Of a stretch of DNA of 64,000 nt, positions 51,753 to 64,000 are shown piece after piece. Source of the DNA: Chrysomallon squamiferum. Its lineage: Eukaryota; Animalia; Mollusca. Where the stretch lies: positions 14,818,001 to 14,882,000 of the forward strand of contig CM022672.1 in NCBI GenBank assembly GCA_012295275.1, written 5' to 3'. The notes under the pieces were generated by a model. That model was not told the DNA's origin. It saw nothing but the letters and a program-made list of their open reading frames with translations, and searched no databases. A program made the position numbers and the translations under genes. Each line of letters starts with the position of its first letter. Position 1 is the first letter of the stretch.

Positions 51753-53391
51753 AAATGTGTATGTTTTGTCTGTGCGAAAAATATTTCACTGTATTAACTC
51801 AGTGGGTACAATATAAACCGATTTAAGAACTCGTAGGAAATATTTATTTTTCCTCCATAGAAGAACAAATTGATATCTAATGAAACATTCAGGAAATTAG
51901 TTTTGACCACAGGTGGTTTATACTGGGTCAACTTCTTACAGATGGCAGCACTTAAACACAGATTAAAAATAAAATTCAGAACTTGTTAGTGAAACATCTG
52001 AAATAAAATTATGATAATGTAGATGGTGACATGGACGTTTGGTGCTATACATGAGAACAAAAATAATAATAATTGAGGTCCAATGAAGTAGAAATTACTT
52101 ATGAAATATTTTTGCTGTTTAACTTTTAACTCCCTCAAACAATGACTGATGCTTATTTAAAGCATTCTGTTACATTGGAGCAAAATTCTAAATTAATCTT
52201 CTGGATCCATTTCATGCTTGGGGTCCATTTCAGTAATTCAACAAACCCTGTATTAATCCTGGATATTTCTTGAAATGTTCCACTTTAAATTGTTCTAACT
52301 GTTTTCATGTGTTCTGTAAATAACAATCTGTTGTACATAACTTGATGTATCTTTTGTAATTTAGTGGGATTTTTTAATTTTTTTATTAGGTACTAAATAA
52401 TTATTGAAATAAATGGCTTGTTTCAGAGCAGTGTGAAATCCATGATTAGATGTGTACAGAATTCTGTATGTTAGTGCAAGAAATGTTTGTGTGTTACCCA
52501 TCAGACCACCCTCTCTTCAAGTGTACCACCAGAAATGCTGTGTTCATGTGGTCTTTGTGTTGTGTAAATAGTCCATGTACATATATGTGATTTTATAGCT
52601 TTTTTAGAGAAAAAAAGAAAAAGAAAATTGCTAACTACTACGCATTTATTCAATTTGAGAAAAGCAAAAAAAAAAATTACACCTTAAAATTAAGTAAATA
52701 AAACCATACAGTGTGCCCAAATATTGTAGAAAAAAAAAATATTTTCTGAAAATTATTTTGTTTTTCAGCACAACTGATGCTTTGATCTTTGAATGAAAAA
52801 TTGTTTTAAGGTTGAATTTGAGTATTCAACTATACATTAATTATCCACAAATGTTCTAATTATAATTATGCTGAAGACAATGGAATCTGAATTTACTTGA
52901 ATAAATTAAGATATATCTATATCAGTGTAAATTGGTCATTGATCATTTTAACTCTTGTTTCTCTGTATGGAATACGTTTTTTGCTTTAACCATTTTTTCA
53001 AGATATTTAATCAGTTTTTGCTTGGATATTTTAGCTGGTTTCTGTTACAAGTTTTCTAATACTGGTGTGATTTTAGTCTGACATTTAACATTTTATTTGT
53101 TCCGTTTTATAATGGGTTGACATGATTTTTATTTTTCTGCAGGAAGCATCGTTTTTAAGACCAGTGACCAATCATGTAAACTTTCAGTTTGTTTAGATAC
53201 GTAGCTGTTTGTAAACTAATCATATGGTTTAAATAAATAATTGAATAATGTTCTGTGTGTGTTTTCATTCTATTTATTTTAGTAGTTTGATAAATCTTTC
53301 ACGTGGCATAAAGAAAAAAAACAAATTCAGAAACATCCATTTTGTGAAATATTTTGGGGGACTTCCAACATTTTCATTAAGCAAAACTAGG

Positions 53392-53425
<34 letters not shown>

Positions 53426-54494
53426 CTTATTTTCAAAACATTTCGCAGTCGTCAGTATAAAAAAAATAATACTTAATACTGTGTATGTTTAATACATTTC
53501 ATCGAATGGAATTAATAAATTTTATCAAAGTCGTAAAATTGCCCTGTCCGTTCAAACCAAAGGTTTACGTTAAAAATGATATTTGACATTTTTACTGTTT
53601 ACATGTGACCTATATAACAACAGTAATGTCACAAAAGCGATGGAAATTAGAGCATTTTTTTATTATTAGTTTACTTTATTTTTATTATTATTAATTTATT
53701 TTTATTATTATTATTATTTTTTTATTTTTTATTTTTTCTAAACTTTGTGTGATGAAAATGATAATAAACAAAACAAAATCGCCCTAACCTTTTTATTTTG
53801 GGAGTGCTCTCTTTCTCTCTCTCTCTCTCTCTCTCACTCACACACACACACACACACATTTAAAAATCATTCGTTTATTAGATCTATTTTCTGTTTCACG
53901 AATCAACGACATTTTAACACAAATACACTGTTCCTTATAAAAAATAAAAATTAAAAAATCTTATTTAATGTCGTTTATTTTCAAGGATATCTAACACGCT
54001 TCTCACATTGTTACAACTGTAGGTCACACAAACATGGCGGACACACCCGGCTAAGAGAACCAGGTGTGATAGTTCTTTCTGATGTCTCGAGAACAACACG
54101 TCAAAACTGGATAGTTTTTGTGGCAAAATAAAATAAACAATGATGCCATTAGAGAAAAATGGAATCGCCCAAATATTTTGTAATTATATTCTCTTATGCT
54201 TCATTATTAGCTAAAACTGGTCGTCGATGATAAAAGCGTACATTTTTAAGACTAATATCATTATATTAATTTTTGTTTAATTGTTTTAATGAATTTATAA
54301 CAGAAAACGATGCGTTCCAGCGTGCAATTCATAAAGCAAATTCGTTTATGTATCAAATGTTTTATTTGCATTTTTTTTTTTTTTTTGTTGTTGTATATAA
54401 AGGTATAATAATAATAATGATGATAATAATAATAATACAAATAAAGTTAGCAAAAAGTAAAAAGTTTTTTTTATTCAGTATAAAAACAATCCTA

Positions 54495-57400
54495 TTATGT
54501 TGCTTTCTCTTGTGTGGTTACGATGATCCCGTCACCAGATACACACGGCGGCTGCAATTCTGTATCGGCTTTTTCCGCAAGGCCGTCGAAACCTTTACTC
54601 CGGTACTTGTCCTCTGATTTTTCCGAACTGTCTTTTTCCAGGAGATTCTTCAGAAAACGCATCGAGTAGTGGCGTGCGTTCATCAGCCTGTGCCTTTTCA
54701 GATATTTACGCGGTGGGTATTTTTTCTCGTTTACGCAGGCGCGAGGATACGTTCGTTTCTCTTCGGTGCAAACCGTTTTCGACGACTTGAGGCCGGCCTC
54801 CTCCGGGACTTTGTCTTTGCAGGCCGCTTCGGCCGCGAGTTTTCTGTCCTTGTTTCGTTTACACGAGTGGAGACCGTCGCCATGCTGCGTGGCCCCAGGG
54901 ACCGAGCTGACGTCGTCCGCTGTGGACGAGCCTTCGTTTTCAATTTTGCTCAAGCGCTTGAACTCCACTTCCACGGTCTCCAGCTTGTTCTTTATGGAAG
55001 GAAATAACCTGTCAGAGAGGTTCTTCGCCGATCGTGGCAGCCCTGGCTCTCCGTTTGTCTTCAAGAAAGGGCTGGAACGTTTCAGCGTGTTATTTGTTCT
55101 CAGGGAGTGAACGTTCTCTTGATTATTCTGCGCTGAAGATTTGCCGTTGTTTTTCGATTTAACGCTGCTCCGGTTAGCTGGACACAGTGGTTGAACAAGT
55201 ATATTTTTCTTAGCGTTGACTTTTCGCAGTTTCGAACCCACCATGCTAGATTTAATTTTTTCGTTCAAAAGGCATGTAACGGACTCGTGTTTCGTATCGC
55301 TGGTTTTGTGAAATGCAGTCGCTCGTTCAGAGCTCTCGGTGTCCTGTTTTTCCTCTTTCTCGACGCAAGACGCATTCGGAACCTTCGCTTTATCGTCGCA
55401 CGTATCTTTTCTGTTGTCGTCAGAAAAATGAGGGAAGCTGACAGTAGAGGTCACGTTTTGAAACGAAGAAGAAATGACATGATGCTGGAAACTGGCAGGA
55501 GAAGACAGCGCCATGGTTGCCAAACTCACACAAACCGGATTCATGATAGAGTAAGCAGGATTTGCCTCGCAAGGAACGCGAGTCACAGACTTGTGTACTG
55601 TTTCCAGTTTTTGCATTAACCTGTCTTCGTTCTTGAGGCCAGTGATATTAGCTTGTCCGTTGCCAAACGATACGTCCATCTTATTTGTTTCTTTTTTCTC
55701 GTGGTGCGCCTGTTGAAAACCACTTTTGTTCTCCTCACTGTTTAACATCTCACGACTGGTAGCCTGCGGCAGTCGGTAAACAAAATGCGTGGAGATACTC
55801 GGTAAAGACCCCAAGTTCAGAGTTCCGTGACACTGCATGGAAGAGCCAGACGCTGTGTCCTCTGGCCGATCTTTTATTTCCCGATGAGTACATTTGTCCG
55901 TGTCCTGTCCGCAGCAGCAGTTCTGATTGTGCGATGGACATTTCTGGTCCGGAGAACGAAACAGTGATGTCGTAAGGCTTGCCGTTTGGTCACGGCTTGA
56001 TAACGTTTCTGTGCCGTGACGAAAACAACAGAGGTTACCAGACTGCTGGGTTACTTCAGGAATGAAGAATGTCTGCGGCAAGTCACTCCTCAGTCGAGCC
56101 AGTGTATGGCCCACGGAGACGAATGGAATATCAGAATGACAAGGCGTGATTTCCACGATCGAGATGTCATCACAAGATGGCCGTCGAAACACGCCGAGGG
56201 GATCGCTGTACATGTTCTCTGACTTTGAAATGTCTAGATAAGATGTCCATCTGTGGGATATAAAATTTGAAGTATTTAGACGATACATTTTCAGACAGCG
56301 GAATTGCAGTGATCAATTAAATAAAACATAATTCGCTAAAATAAGCTGAAGGTTTCAGGGGAAGTCCCACACACCGTGTTAAGAGATTTCTGACTGAGAT
56401 GAGAAGAACTAACAACCGTTTTGTACTGCTGTAGTTATCATTAAGTTGCACCCCGTACCAAAAAACCGCCAGAGATGATTACAATAAAAGTTTGGCTAAT
56501 TACGATTACCGTAAAGACGCGCGAGAACTACAAATCCAGTGTAATCTGTTCCGACTGTTTTAATACGTAATCGTTATTACTTTAATGGATGCACACAAAT
56601 CCTGAGCGAACATTTGGTTTCATTTACCCGTCGTGTTGAAAGAAACCAGGCGTTGTTACAGAAAGGAGATGTAAAATGTGATGTAATACAAACCCTTTAA
56701 CATCGAGGTAAAAGTTGGTGGCCACTTCTTCCGGATAGGACAGATCGGAGTCAGGACGCTGTATTTTACCTTTCCGTATCTGTTCTCGCAAGTCTGTGCC
56801 AGTGGTTAAACAAAAAAAAAAAACACACCACGAAAAAGAACAAATCAAAACCATGCACAAAAGAACACAATAACTACAACAGAGTACAGAAATATCATAT
56901 TATAATGACAGAATCTAGACCTATTTTATGTTTTTAAAATTATTATTATAATTATTGTTATTATTATTACTATTATTGTTGTTGTTGTTGTGGTTGTTGT
57001 TGTTGCTGCTGCTATTGTTAAATTACTCAAATACTACTACTATTACTACTACTACTACTACTACGACTAATGATAATAATAATAATGCTTATATGTGTGT
57101 GACTGCATGCGTGCCAGAACTGAAGTAATAAGGGTTAAATATTTTTGTTTAAAAAAAGAAGAGATAAAGAGAGAAAAGAAAAGACATATATTTATTGCAA
57201 AAGTTTAAAGTCCTTATGACCTTTGAAAAGGATGTCATCGCTTGGAACATCGTGTGGGGACAAGCTACGCGCCCGCCAGTCAGAATTCTTGTTACAAACT
57301 TCAACTATGACGTCTTCTTCTTCATCTGAAAAACTCGTTTTCGTCGATGAACTGGGGCCGACATTTTCCTTCTCTGACCTTAACCGAGCAAAAATGACAA

Positions 57401-57496
57401 CATTACCAACACATTAAAAGGTAACTCATAACGCGTCGATGGAAATCAGAAAACGTGTTTTGAGGGTGGTCTTTGTTGCTGACGATTTTCTAATAT

Positions 57497-57579
<83 letters not shown>

Positions 57580-58562
57580 ACTGTCATTGAATGATCTTTC
57601 AAATGCACAATCTTATTGACAGGAAAATGCATATGACATGTTTTGAGAAGTTAATTTTGGCTGACACTGGAACAGAAAGTCTTACAGTGCACTAACTACG
57701 ATTTCACTGAAGTCGTCTGACAAAACTCTAATAATTACATCATAATTACAACAGTATTGGTTTTCTGGCACGAGTATTTAACGGCATCACTGTATGAAGA
57801 AAATAAATTTAAACAAAAGTGATAAGAAAAATTACTTTGATAACATTATTATATTTATATTGGCGCCTTAGCAAAAGGAGTTGTGCCTGAACGTACTGTT
57901 CAAATTGTGAAATTTAGAGTTTTAAGAGATTTTCAGCTGCGATGAAGCACTGTACCTGCTACTCTCAGGCTTGATTCCTCTATTTGAGTCTGTTTGATAA
58001 ACATCATCATCATTAGCGCTAGCTGTGGTCAGTTCTTTAATAGAGAACGGCATTGATATCCCGTCACTTGTTGCATTCATCGGTGATTTTTTCGTGACAA
58101 ACATTTTTCCTTCGCGTTTGTTCAGCGTTGCCGCCGACTTGCAACGATTCTGCGCAGACCGCTTCTTCCGTTCGGAGGTTGAATTTTTGGGACAGCAGCT
58201 GGTTCTGCGATCTTTCTTCGAATTAAAAGGATTTTCCGAATCGCCATTAATTTGCTTTTTGGTCTTCTTTTTTGTAACAATTACTTCAGTCGCTGAGTCC
58301 TCTGAGAGTTTTCTCTCTTTTACAAAAAAGAAAGCAAAGCAAAGAAATGAATAAATAGGTGATCTGATCATCCTCGTTAATCAACGCACATATACATACA
58401 GATACAATCATATTAATTCGACATGGAATGCATTTATTTAATATACTGTCTCTAACGTTTTAGCTAGAAACATTTCGAAAGTGTCTGTTCTTTTGAGCTT
58501 TAAAGATATCATTTTATCTTCTTTTTAAAATTTGTTCTGTTTTTTTTTGTTTTTTTTTAATG

Positions 58563-58594
<32 letters not shown>

Positions 58595-59425
58595 TAGCTT
58601 CTTTTACTCAAACTATACTATTATTACTGTTATTCGTAATTCATTGACTTCACTGATCTGGACATAGACCTGAAATGAGACCTCCAAAACGTATTCTAAC
58701 TCTCACTGTTATAGTGTCACCTTTTAACGTGTTAATCTCCACTTTGCACTTTGCACACGGCGCCTGCCCGTGAGAGCATCTCGACAACGCCGGTTCGTAA
58801 CGGACTCCCTTGAAACCAGACGACTTCAGCCGTGGCGTTAAACCTCGGTGAGCTACCACGGCGTCGCTCTTCTGCGCAGACTCGGGCTGTGTCGTCGCAC
58901 TGGGCAGGCCCAGCTTAGGAAACCCGTACATCGACTCGGACGAGGAGCTGGTGCACGTCGTTGTTGATGCTGTCGATTCGACACTGGTGCTGGTGCCAGT
59001 GTTGGCGGCCGCCGAAGCTATTCTCGCCAACGCGGCTGCAGACGACCCGCCTCCGTATCTCTCCCACAGCAGTCTGTGCGTGGCAATTTCGTCCTGACGC
59101 TTCTTCGATGGATTAGGGCGAAAAGTCCAACCTAAACGATTACACCAGAACACAGTGTATTATTATTACACTAGTACGATATTCAGCTTAGTATTCGTAA
59201 CAGTCCTTTATATTTAGTTATATTCTGCATGTCTGAGAAAGAAATAAAATCCATTATTTACATATATGAAAGAACAATCTTAATTTTTCTGCTGCTTAAA
59301 TAACTTACTATGTCACAGTTATGTTTAAATATAAATGTATGTACGTATGTATGCACATATGCATTTATACTGTATTTATGTTTGTATACATCTGTGTATG
59401 TATATGTATGTATCTATTTATCTAC

Positions 59426-59461
<36 letters not shown>

Positions 59462-60127
59462 ATTATATTTATTTATTTACACACATACATACATACGTAT
59501 ATATATAAACATCTGTGTTACAGTTGTATGTCTATTTGTACGTATGTGCGTGTTTTAACGACTATCAGCATAAATTGTGTATGAATCGTTATTAAATGTA
59601 AAATTTATGATACGATGGTAGTGGTACGAGAGAGTAAAGGTAGCGATGTGTTAGGCTCTACGACGCCCTAAGATGCACCCGGTAAAACGCTTTACGTCGA
59701 AACCTGGAAACTCTGTCTTGTGTCTCGTTTTAATGAGCTCAGCTTCTTCGTAGTAAGGCTCCTTCTCACACTGACTGAGACTGTTCCACACGGTGCCCAG
59801 CCTAACGCTGATCTCAGCATTCGTTGCCTCGGGTTTTTCCAGTGCTAATTTGCGGCGATATGTCCTCGCCCACACCATGAAAGCGTTCATGGGTCGCTTG
59901 ATCTTGCCGCTCTTGTTTATATAGCTCGCACCCGGGGTGCGATACACTTGGACAGTTCCTGAAATAGTTTACGTGAAAACGAGTGGATAATTTGTGAAAT
60001 TGAGTTACTGAGCTATTTAATAAGGAACTACTGTGAAAAAAATGTATTTCAGAGAATGTCTCTGTGTGTGTGATGTGTGTTCGGGGGTGTGTGTTTGTGT
60101 GTGTGTGTGTGTTGTGTGTGTGTGTGT

Positions 60128-60200
<73 letters not shown>

Positions 60201-60997
60201 CAACCTTGTAATAAGCCCAGCATAGTGACATAATATTTTATAAATACTTTACTTTAATTATTGGAACGGGAATTAATTTAACAGGCAATGTAAAAATTTT
60301 AACAACTGAAATAACGTTAATTATTATAATATACAATCGTGTTTATACCTGGAACAACATTTGGTGCCCTTTTATGAATTATTCTGTTAATTTTAACGTC
60401 CTGAATGTGGTTATCTGCAATGCTTCCCGAAGGCAAAACAGTTTCTTTCTCCGATGCTGACGTCATCACAGACGTAATGCGTTCGGTCCCTGTCAACGTT
60501 GTGGTTGACGAAGGTCGCGGGTGTTGTATGTCAAGTTGCCTGAGACTCGCTGGACTTAGATACAAAATTTGCGGCACTGTCTGCGTAGCTGAGGGAATAG
60601 TCTTGTTGTCTTGGGAACAGGACATGGCTGAAACAATTTGTGGGTTTCCGGGTGTGAAATACACATATCTGAGCGCGATGTGGTTGGCCTGGCTCGATTC
60701 CGCACCGGGTACAGCTGGTTCTGGTTTCGGCGTCATTACGTTGAATGGCATGGGTTTGCTGTCCATTTGTTTCATCACTTTCGTTAATTCCATGGACGCT
60801 TTCGCGGTTTCTGCCTCGTGGTTTTCCGTACCCCGCGTTCTGTCCATGATGTTACAGATTTTGACATTCGTCGACTGAACATACTCGTTTTTATCGGCTG
60901 GGACAAACTTGTTAGTCTGAATGTGTTCAGCTAGGCTAACTGATACGCTGGGAACTACGAATACTGGTGAAGATTCGCGACTAGTATTCTCCATCAT
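54495..60997 (-). CDS. SOX30: Sox group H (SOX30-like) HMG-box transcription factor, ~7 exons, ~1250 aa
   Basis: HMG box [67 protein letters not shown]|[11 protein letters not shown] has the SOX30-type signatures MVWAR, NAEIS and EFPGW. Phase-compatible exons: 60997-60349, 59958-59704, 59131-58721, 58316-57956, 57378-57221, 56793-56628 (alternative donor 56694), 56250-54495. The exons downstream of the HMG box are joined by phase logic only. Confidence 0.8.
57500..57575. repeat. (GA)n microsatellite
   Basis: Directly visible. Confidence 0.95.
60064..60197. repeat. (GT)n(GA)n microsatellite
   Basis: Directly visible in SoxH intron 1. Confidence 0.9.
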
Positions 60998-61049
60998 CCC
61001 AAACTAAACGTTTCCTAATATCTCGGTCCCCCACTATTTTCATCGTAGC

Positions 61050-61120
61050 TATTAACGTCAGTAACATTTTCCTCTGGCCGTTACGTGACTTATTACTTTC
61101 CCTACGTCAATGACGTCATC
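61050..61120 (-). promoter_or_regulatory. CRE cluster upstream of SoxH
   Basis: Perfect TGACGTCA at 61111-61118 plus nearby ACGTCA/ACGTGA half-sites (~61055, 61083, 61104), about 55-120 bp upstream of the ATG. Confidence 0.5.
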
Positions 61121-61367
61121 ATGTTTTATACCTTTGAGATGTTAGCCGATAATCTACCTGTTCTTTACATGGATCAATTATCAATAAATTTGTTACTGAT
61201 AAATATACATCCTTTGTTTGTTTAATAAATGATTGATTTCTGAAATAACAAGTCTTAGTTTAATATAATTTCCTTTTTCTTTTTTAAAATATTTGCACTT
61301 GAATTAATGAATTTTTTTCCATCTGTCTTTCTTATTCATCATCGTTTTCATTATGATCATCATCGTC

Positions 61368-61417
<50 letters not shown>

Positions 61418-62202
61418 TCTCTTAGTAATGGATATAAATTTAAATACTTTAAATGTATTTCAGCGATATTCTTTTATTTTTCCAGAATATTCTCATCGAG
61501 TTTAAAATGACGTAAACACCGCGCATAAATAAAAATTGACAGTATATACCACACGAAAATTTATTTATTTACTTATTTATTTTTGCTGTCTTGTTTTTCA
61601 AAATATTATCGCTTCTTTGAAACAGTTACCATTTAGCAAACTATGTACAACCCTGTTTAAAATGTGCCAAACTGCAACTACTCCTAATTTCGCTGAAATA
61701 AATCTTAAAGTCGAATACTAAACGAAGATTTCAAGACTGATTTCTAGCAAGTTACGTGATTGTCAGTGTGTCAGACATGCTTAACAACCTATTTCTCTAA
61801 TTAATACTAATATTTATTAATTTTATTATGCCAATTTCATTCAAAATAGAACCACTGTTTACTTGTTCAGTTCAGATAGACTAATAGACTAATTTAAAAA
61901 TATTTGTCAGCTAATAAATAATAAATTCTTCAGTTATACTTTCATAATTTTAAGCCATCATTTAAAATTCATGCCGTCAATGAAAATGGAAATGAGAAAG
62001 ATTTTTGAAATATATATATATATATATATCATTATTATTATTCTGATACTTCAGACCTTTTCTTCCGCAATTCCATAAAACCCTTAATCTTTAATAGGGT
62101 CAGGATCAAGTACAAAAGATATTTCGAATGTTATTTTCTAATACGAGAGAAAGAAAAAAAAAAAAAAAAAAATTAAATCAGTAGAGCTGCTATTATTATT
62201 AC

Positions 62203-62246
<44 letters not shown>

Positions 62247-62753
62247 GGTTGTGTTACAATTCTCAAAAGTACTCGCTTTTATCGAATTTGACCTCATAAT
62301 TATGTATTTTTACATTTTATGACCTCACTGAACAAGAAAGAAAAAAATGCTTGAAATTTAATATAATTAATATTGTGAAACAGGCTTTTCATTTATATGA
62401 TTAATTTTATAATATTTTTAAATTTGTAAATACCTTATTGATAATAAGTATTTTGCATAAAAATAAACAATGTCTGTTTAAATTTTGAATCTGACGTTGA
62501 AAATAAAAGCAGGTTTCGGGTCGATGGCCTATGTTCGAGAAAATAGTGCGATTTGTGGTGTTACGGTTCCTAAAACATTAATTCGATGAATGAAACGATA
62601 CGTGTTAAATAAAAAAATGGTGAAATTTCTTACTACGAATTTGAAAAATAATAATAAATTTTAAATTTTTGATCGCATTATCAGTAAACTGAAGGTTAAA
62701 TTCAAATCTGTTCAATAACAATCCGCCACGATGCAGTTTAAGAATACTAAATC

Positions 62754-62800
62754 TGACGTCATCAATAATTATAATCGCGTGCATTATTGTTTTGACGTCA
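62754..62800 (+). promoter_or_regulatory. Tandem CRE palindromes upstream of the unidentified gene
   Basis: TGACGTCA at 62754-62761 and 62793-62800. Confidence 0.5.
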
Positions 62801-62926
62801 CGTAACGACCAAGAACTGTCAGGCGCCATTGTTTTAGAATTTTGTAAATTCTTTCAAAATTTTCAATAAATATCTATTCAAGTCGATGTCCAAGCGATAC
62901 TTTTGTTGTTAGCAGACCCACTGAAG

Positions 62927-63182
62927 ATGAGAAAACGTCGATGTGTTGAAAAACCTGCAGGCACGAGACGAACAAGGTCAACTGCGTGCAGAAGTGACTC
63001 TATCGAGGCTGAGAGCAAAGGGGACGCCGAGTCTCGCGTCCTGTCTGTTGAAAATGGCGAGGTTACCAATGAAACGCCCGCCGTTATACCATCAAAAGAC
63101 GAAGAAATGGAAAATGAACGCAGAGATCTCGAAGAGCTCATGAGGGTTTTAGAAATGGTGCGGAAGACAGAAATAAGCCAAG
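62927..63182 (+). CDS. First visible coding exon of an unidentified gene that probably continues beyond the window
   Basis: GC/CpG-rich open frame MRKRRCVEKPAG...EELMRVLEMVRKTEISQG in an AT-rich background. It has a basic NLS-like start, a possible acceptor at 62915 and a donor G|GTGAC at 63182, and lies just downstream of two CRE palindromes. I recognise no domain. Confidence 0.5.
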
Positions 63183-64000
63183 GTGACAAAAGTAAAGATT
63201 TATTATTATTTTTTTTTTAATTACAAACTTTTAAGGTCCATGTATTGTGATATCTATATAATTAAATTAATATTTTCCTAATCGATCAGTATTTTTATTT
63301 TCGTTAATTCTTTGCTTAAAGTTAATATTTAAAATTTTAAATGTAAACATGTTTTTAAAATTCAGTTGAAATTAGCGGGTTTTTTTTTTAACTTACGAAT
63401 TTTGTGTTAAGTTAATCGATTGGGAGATAAAACTGAAGATAAAGGATCGAGAATAAAGTATACACAGTCGTGATGATACTAAAGTCAATTTGATAATCCA
63501 TTACATAAGATACTTGCTACTATTGTTTTTCTCTTAAATCTGATGTTTGTGTAACAGTTTAAAAATAAATACATTATTATATTGTTGAATCTAAATATAA
63601 GTAAGAACGGTATAGTTGTGCTGTTTCTGTTAATTTCAAGTATCAGTTTAAATATAAGACTATTTCTTTCTCTTTTTTTTTAAAATCATTTTATTTAAAT
63701 TTAATTTACAAATATGAAAGTGAAGACTTGTATTTTATGTGTTATCCGAATGTCATTTTAAACTTTAAATGAACCAATCCCTTCTGAAGTTATTTGAGGA
63801 AATAACTGAAATTAACGATAGATATTTAAAGAAAATTAATTATAGTTAGATTCCGCAGACGACTTGAGAGTCGTTTTATAAAACGTCACAGCACAACAAG
63901 TTATTTTACGTCACAGACTTCCTGCCACGTCATCATTTGGATGTAGCGTATACAGTGTTACAACAAACACTGCTGAATAATCGAGACGCACTTACATGTA

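Noticed and set aside
54669-56222. Several + strand ORFs antisense to the SoxH terminal exon (and similar ones at 58025-58354 and 60405-60878)
   Set aside because: These are antisense shadows of GC-richer coding exons with no recognisable motifs.

Overview
This is AT-rich, microsatellite-dense, intron-rich animal genomic DNA, most likely from a mollusc (inferred from a temptin-domain gene and a SoxH gene). It is not prokaryotic, and most ORFs in the supplied track are simple-repeat artefacts. By walking GT-AG junctions I could assemble five multi-exon genes: (1) a secreted temptin-domain plus copper type II (DBH-like) monooxygenase, + strand 8153-14291, with a 1-nt frameshift in its last exon; (2) kinesin-5 KIF11/Eg5, - strand 20198-33778; (3) an atypical ~414-aa cytochrome P450, - strand 35485-40532, with no membrane anchor and no I-helix AGxxT motif; (4) uracil-DNA glycosylase UNG, + strand 41725-46103, head-to-head with the P450; (5) a Sox30/SoxH HMG-box gene, - strand 54495-60997. 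The start of a sixth, unidentified gene lies at about 62927 (+). Also present are two hAT-type MITEs with 8-bp target-site duplications, other TIR remnants, several minisatellites and clear E2F, CCAAT and CRE promoter motifs. I found no evidence for a wholly new multi-gene system. The best leads are the non-canonical P450, the frameshifted temptin-monooxygenase, tandem in-frame starts in UNG and the CRE-marked SoxH promoter region. All coordinates were read by eye and may be off by a few bases.
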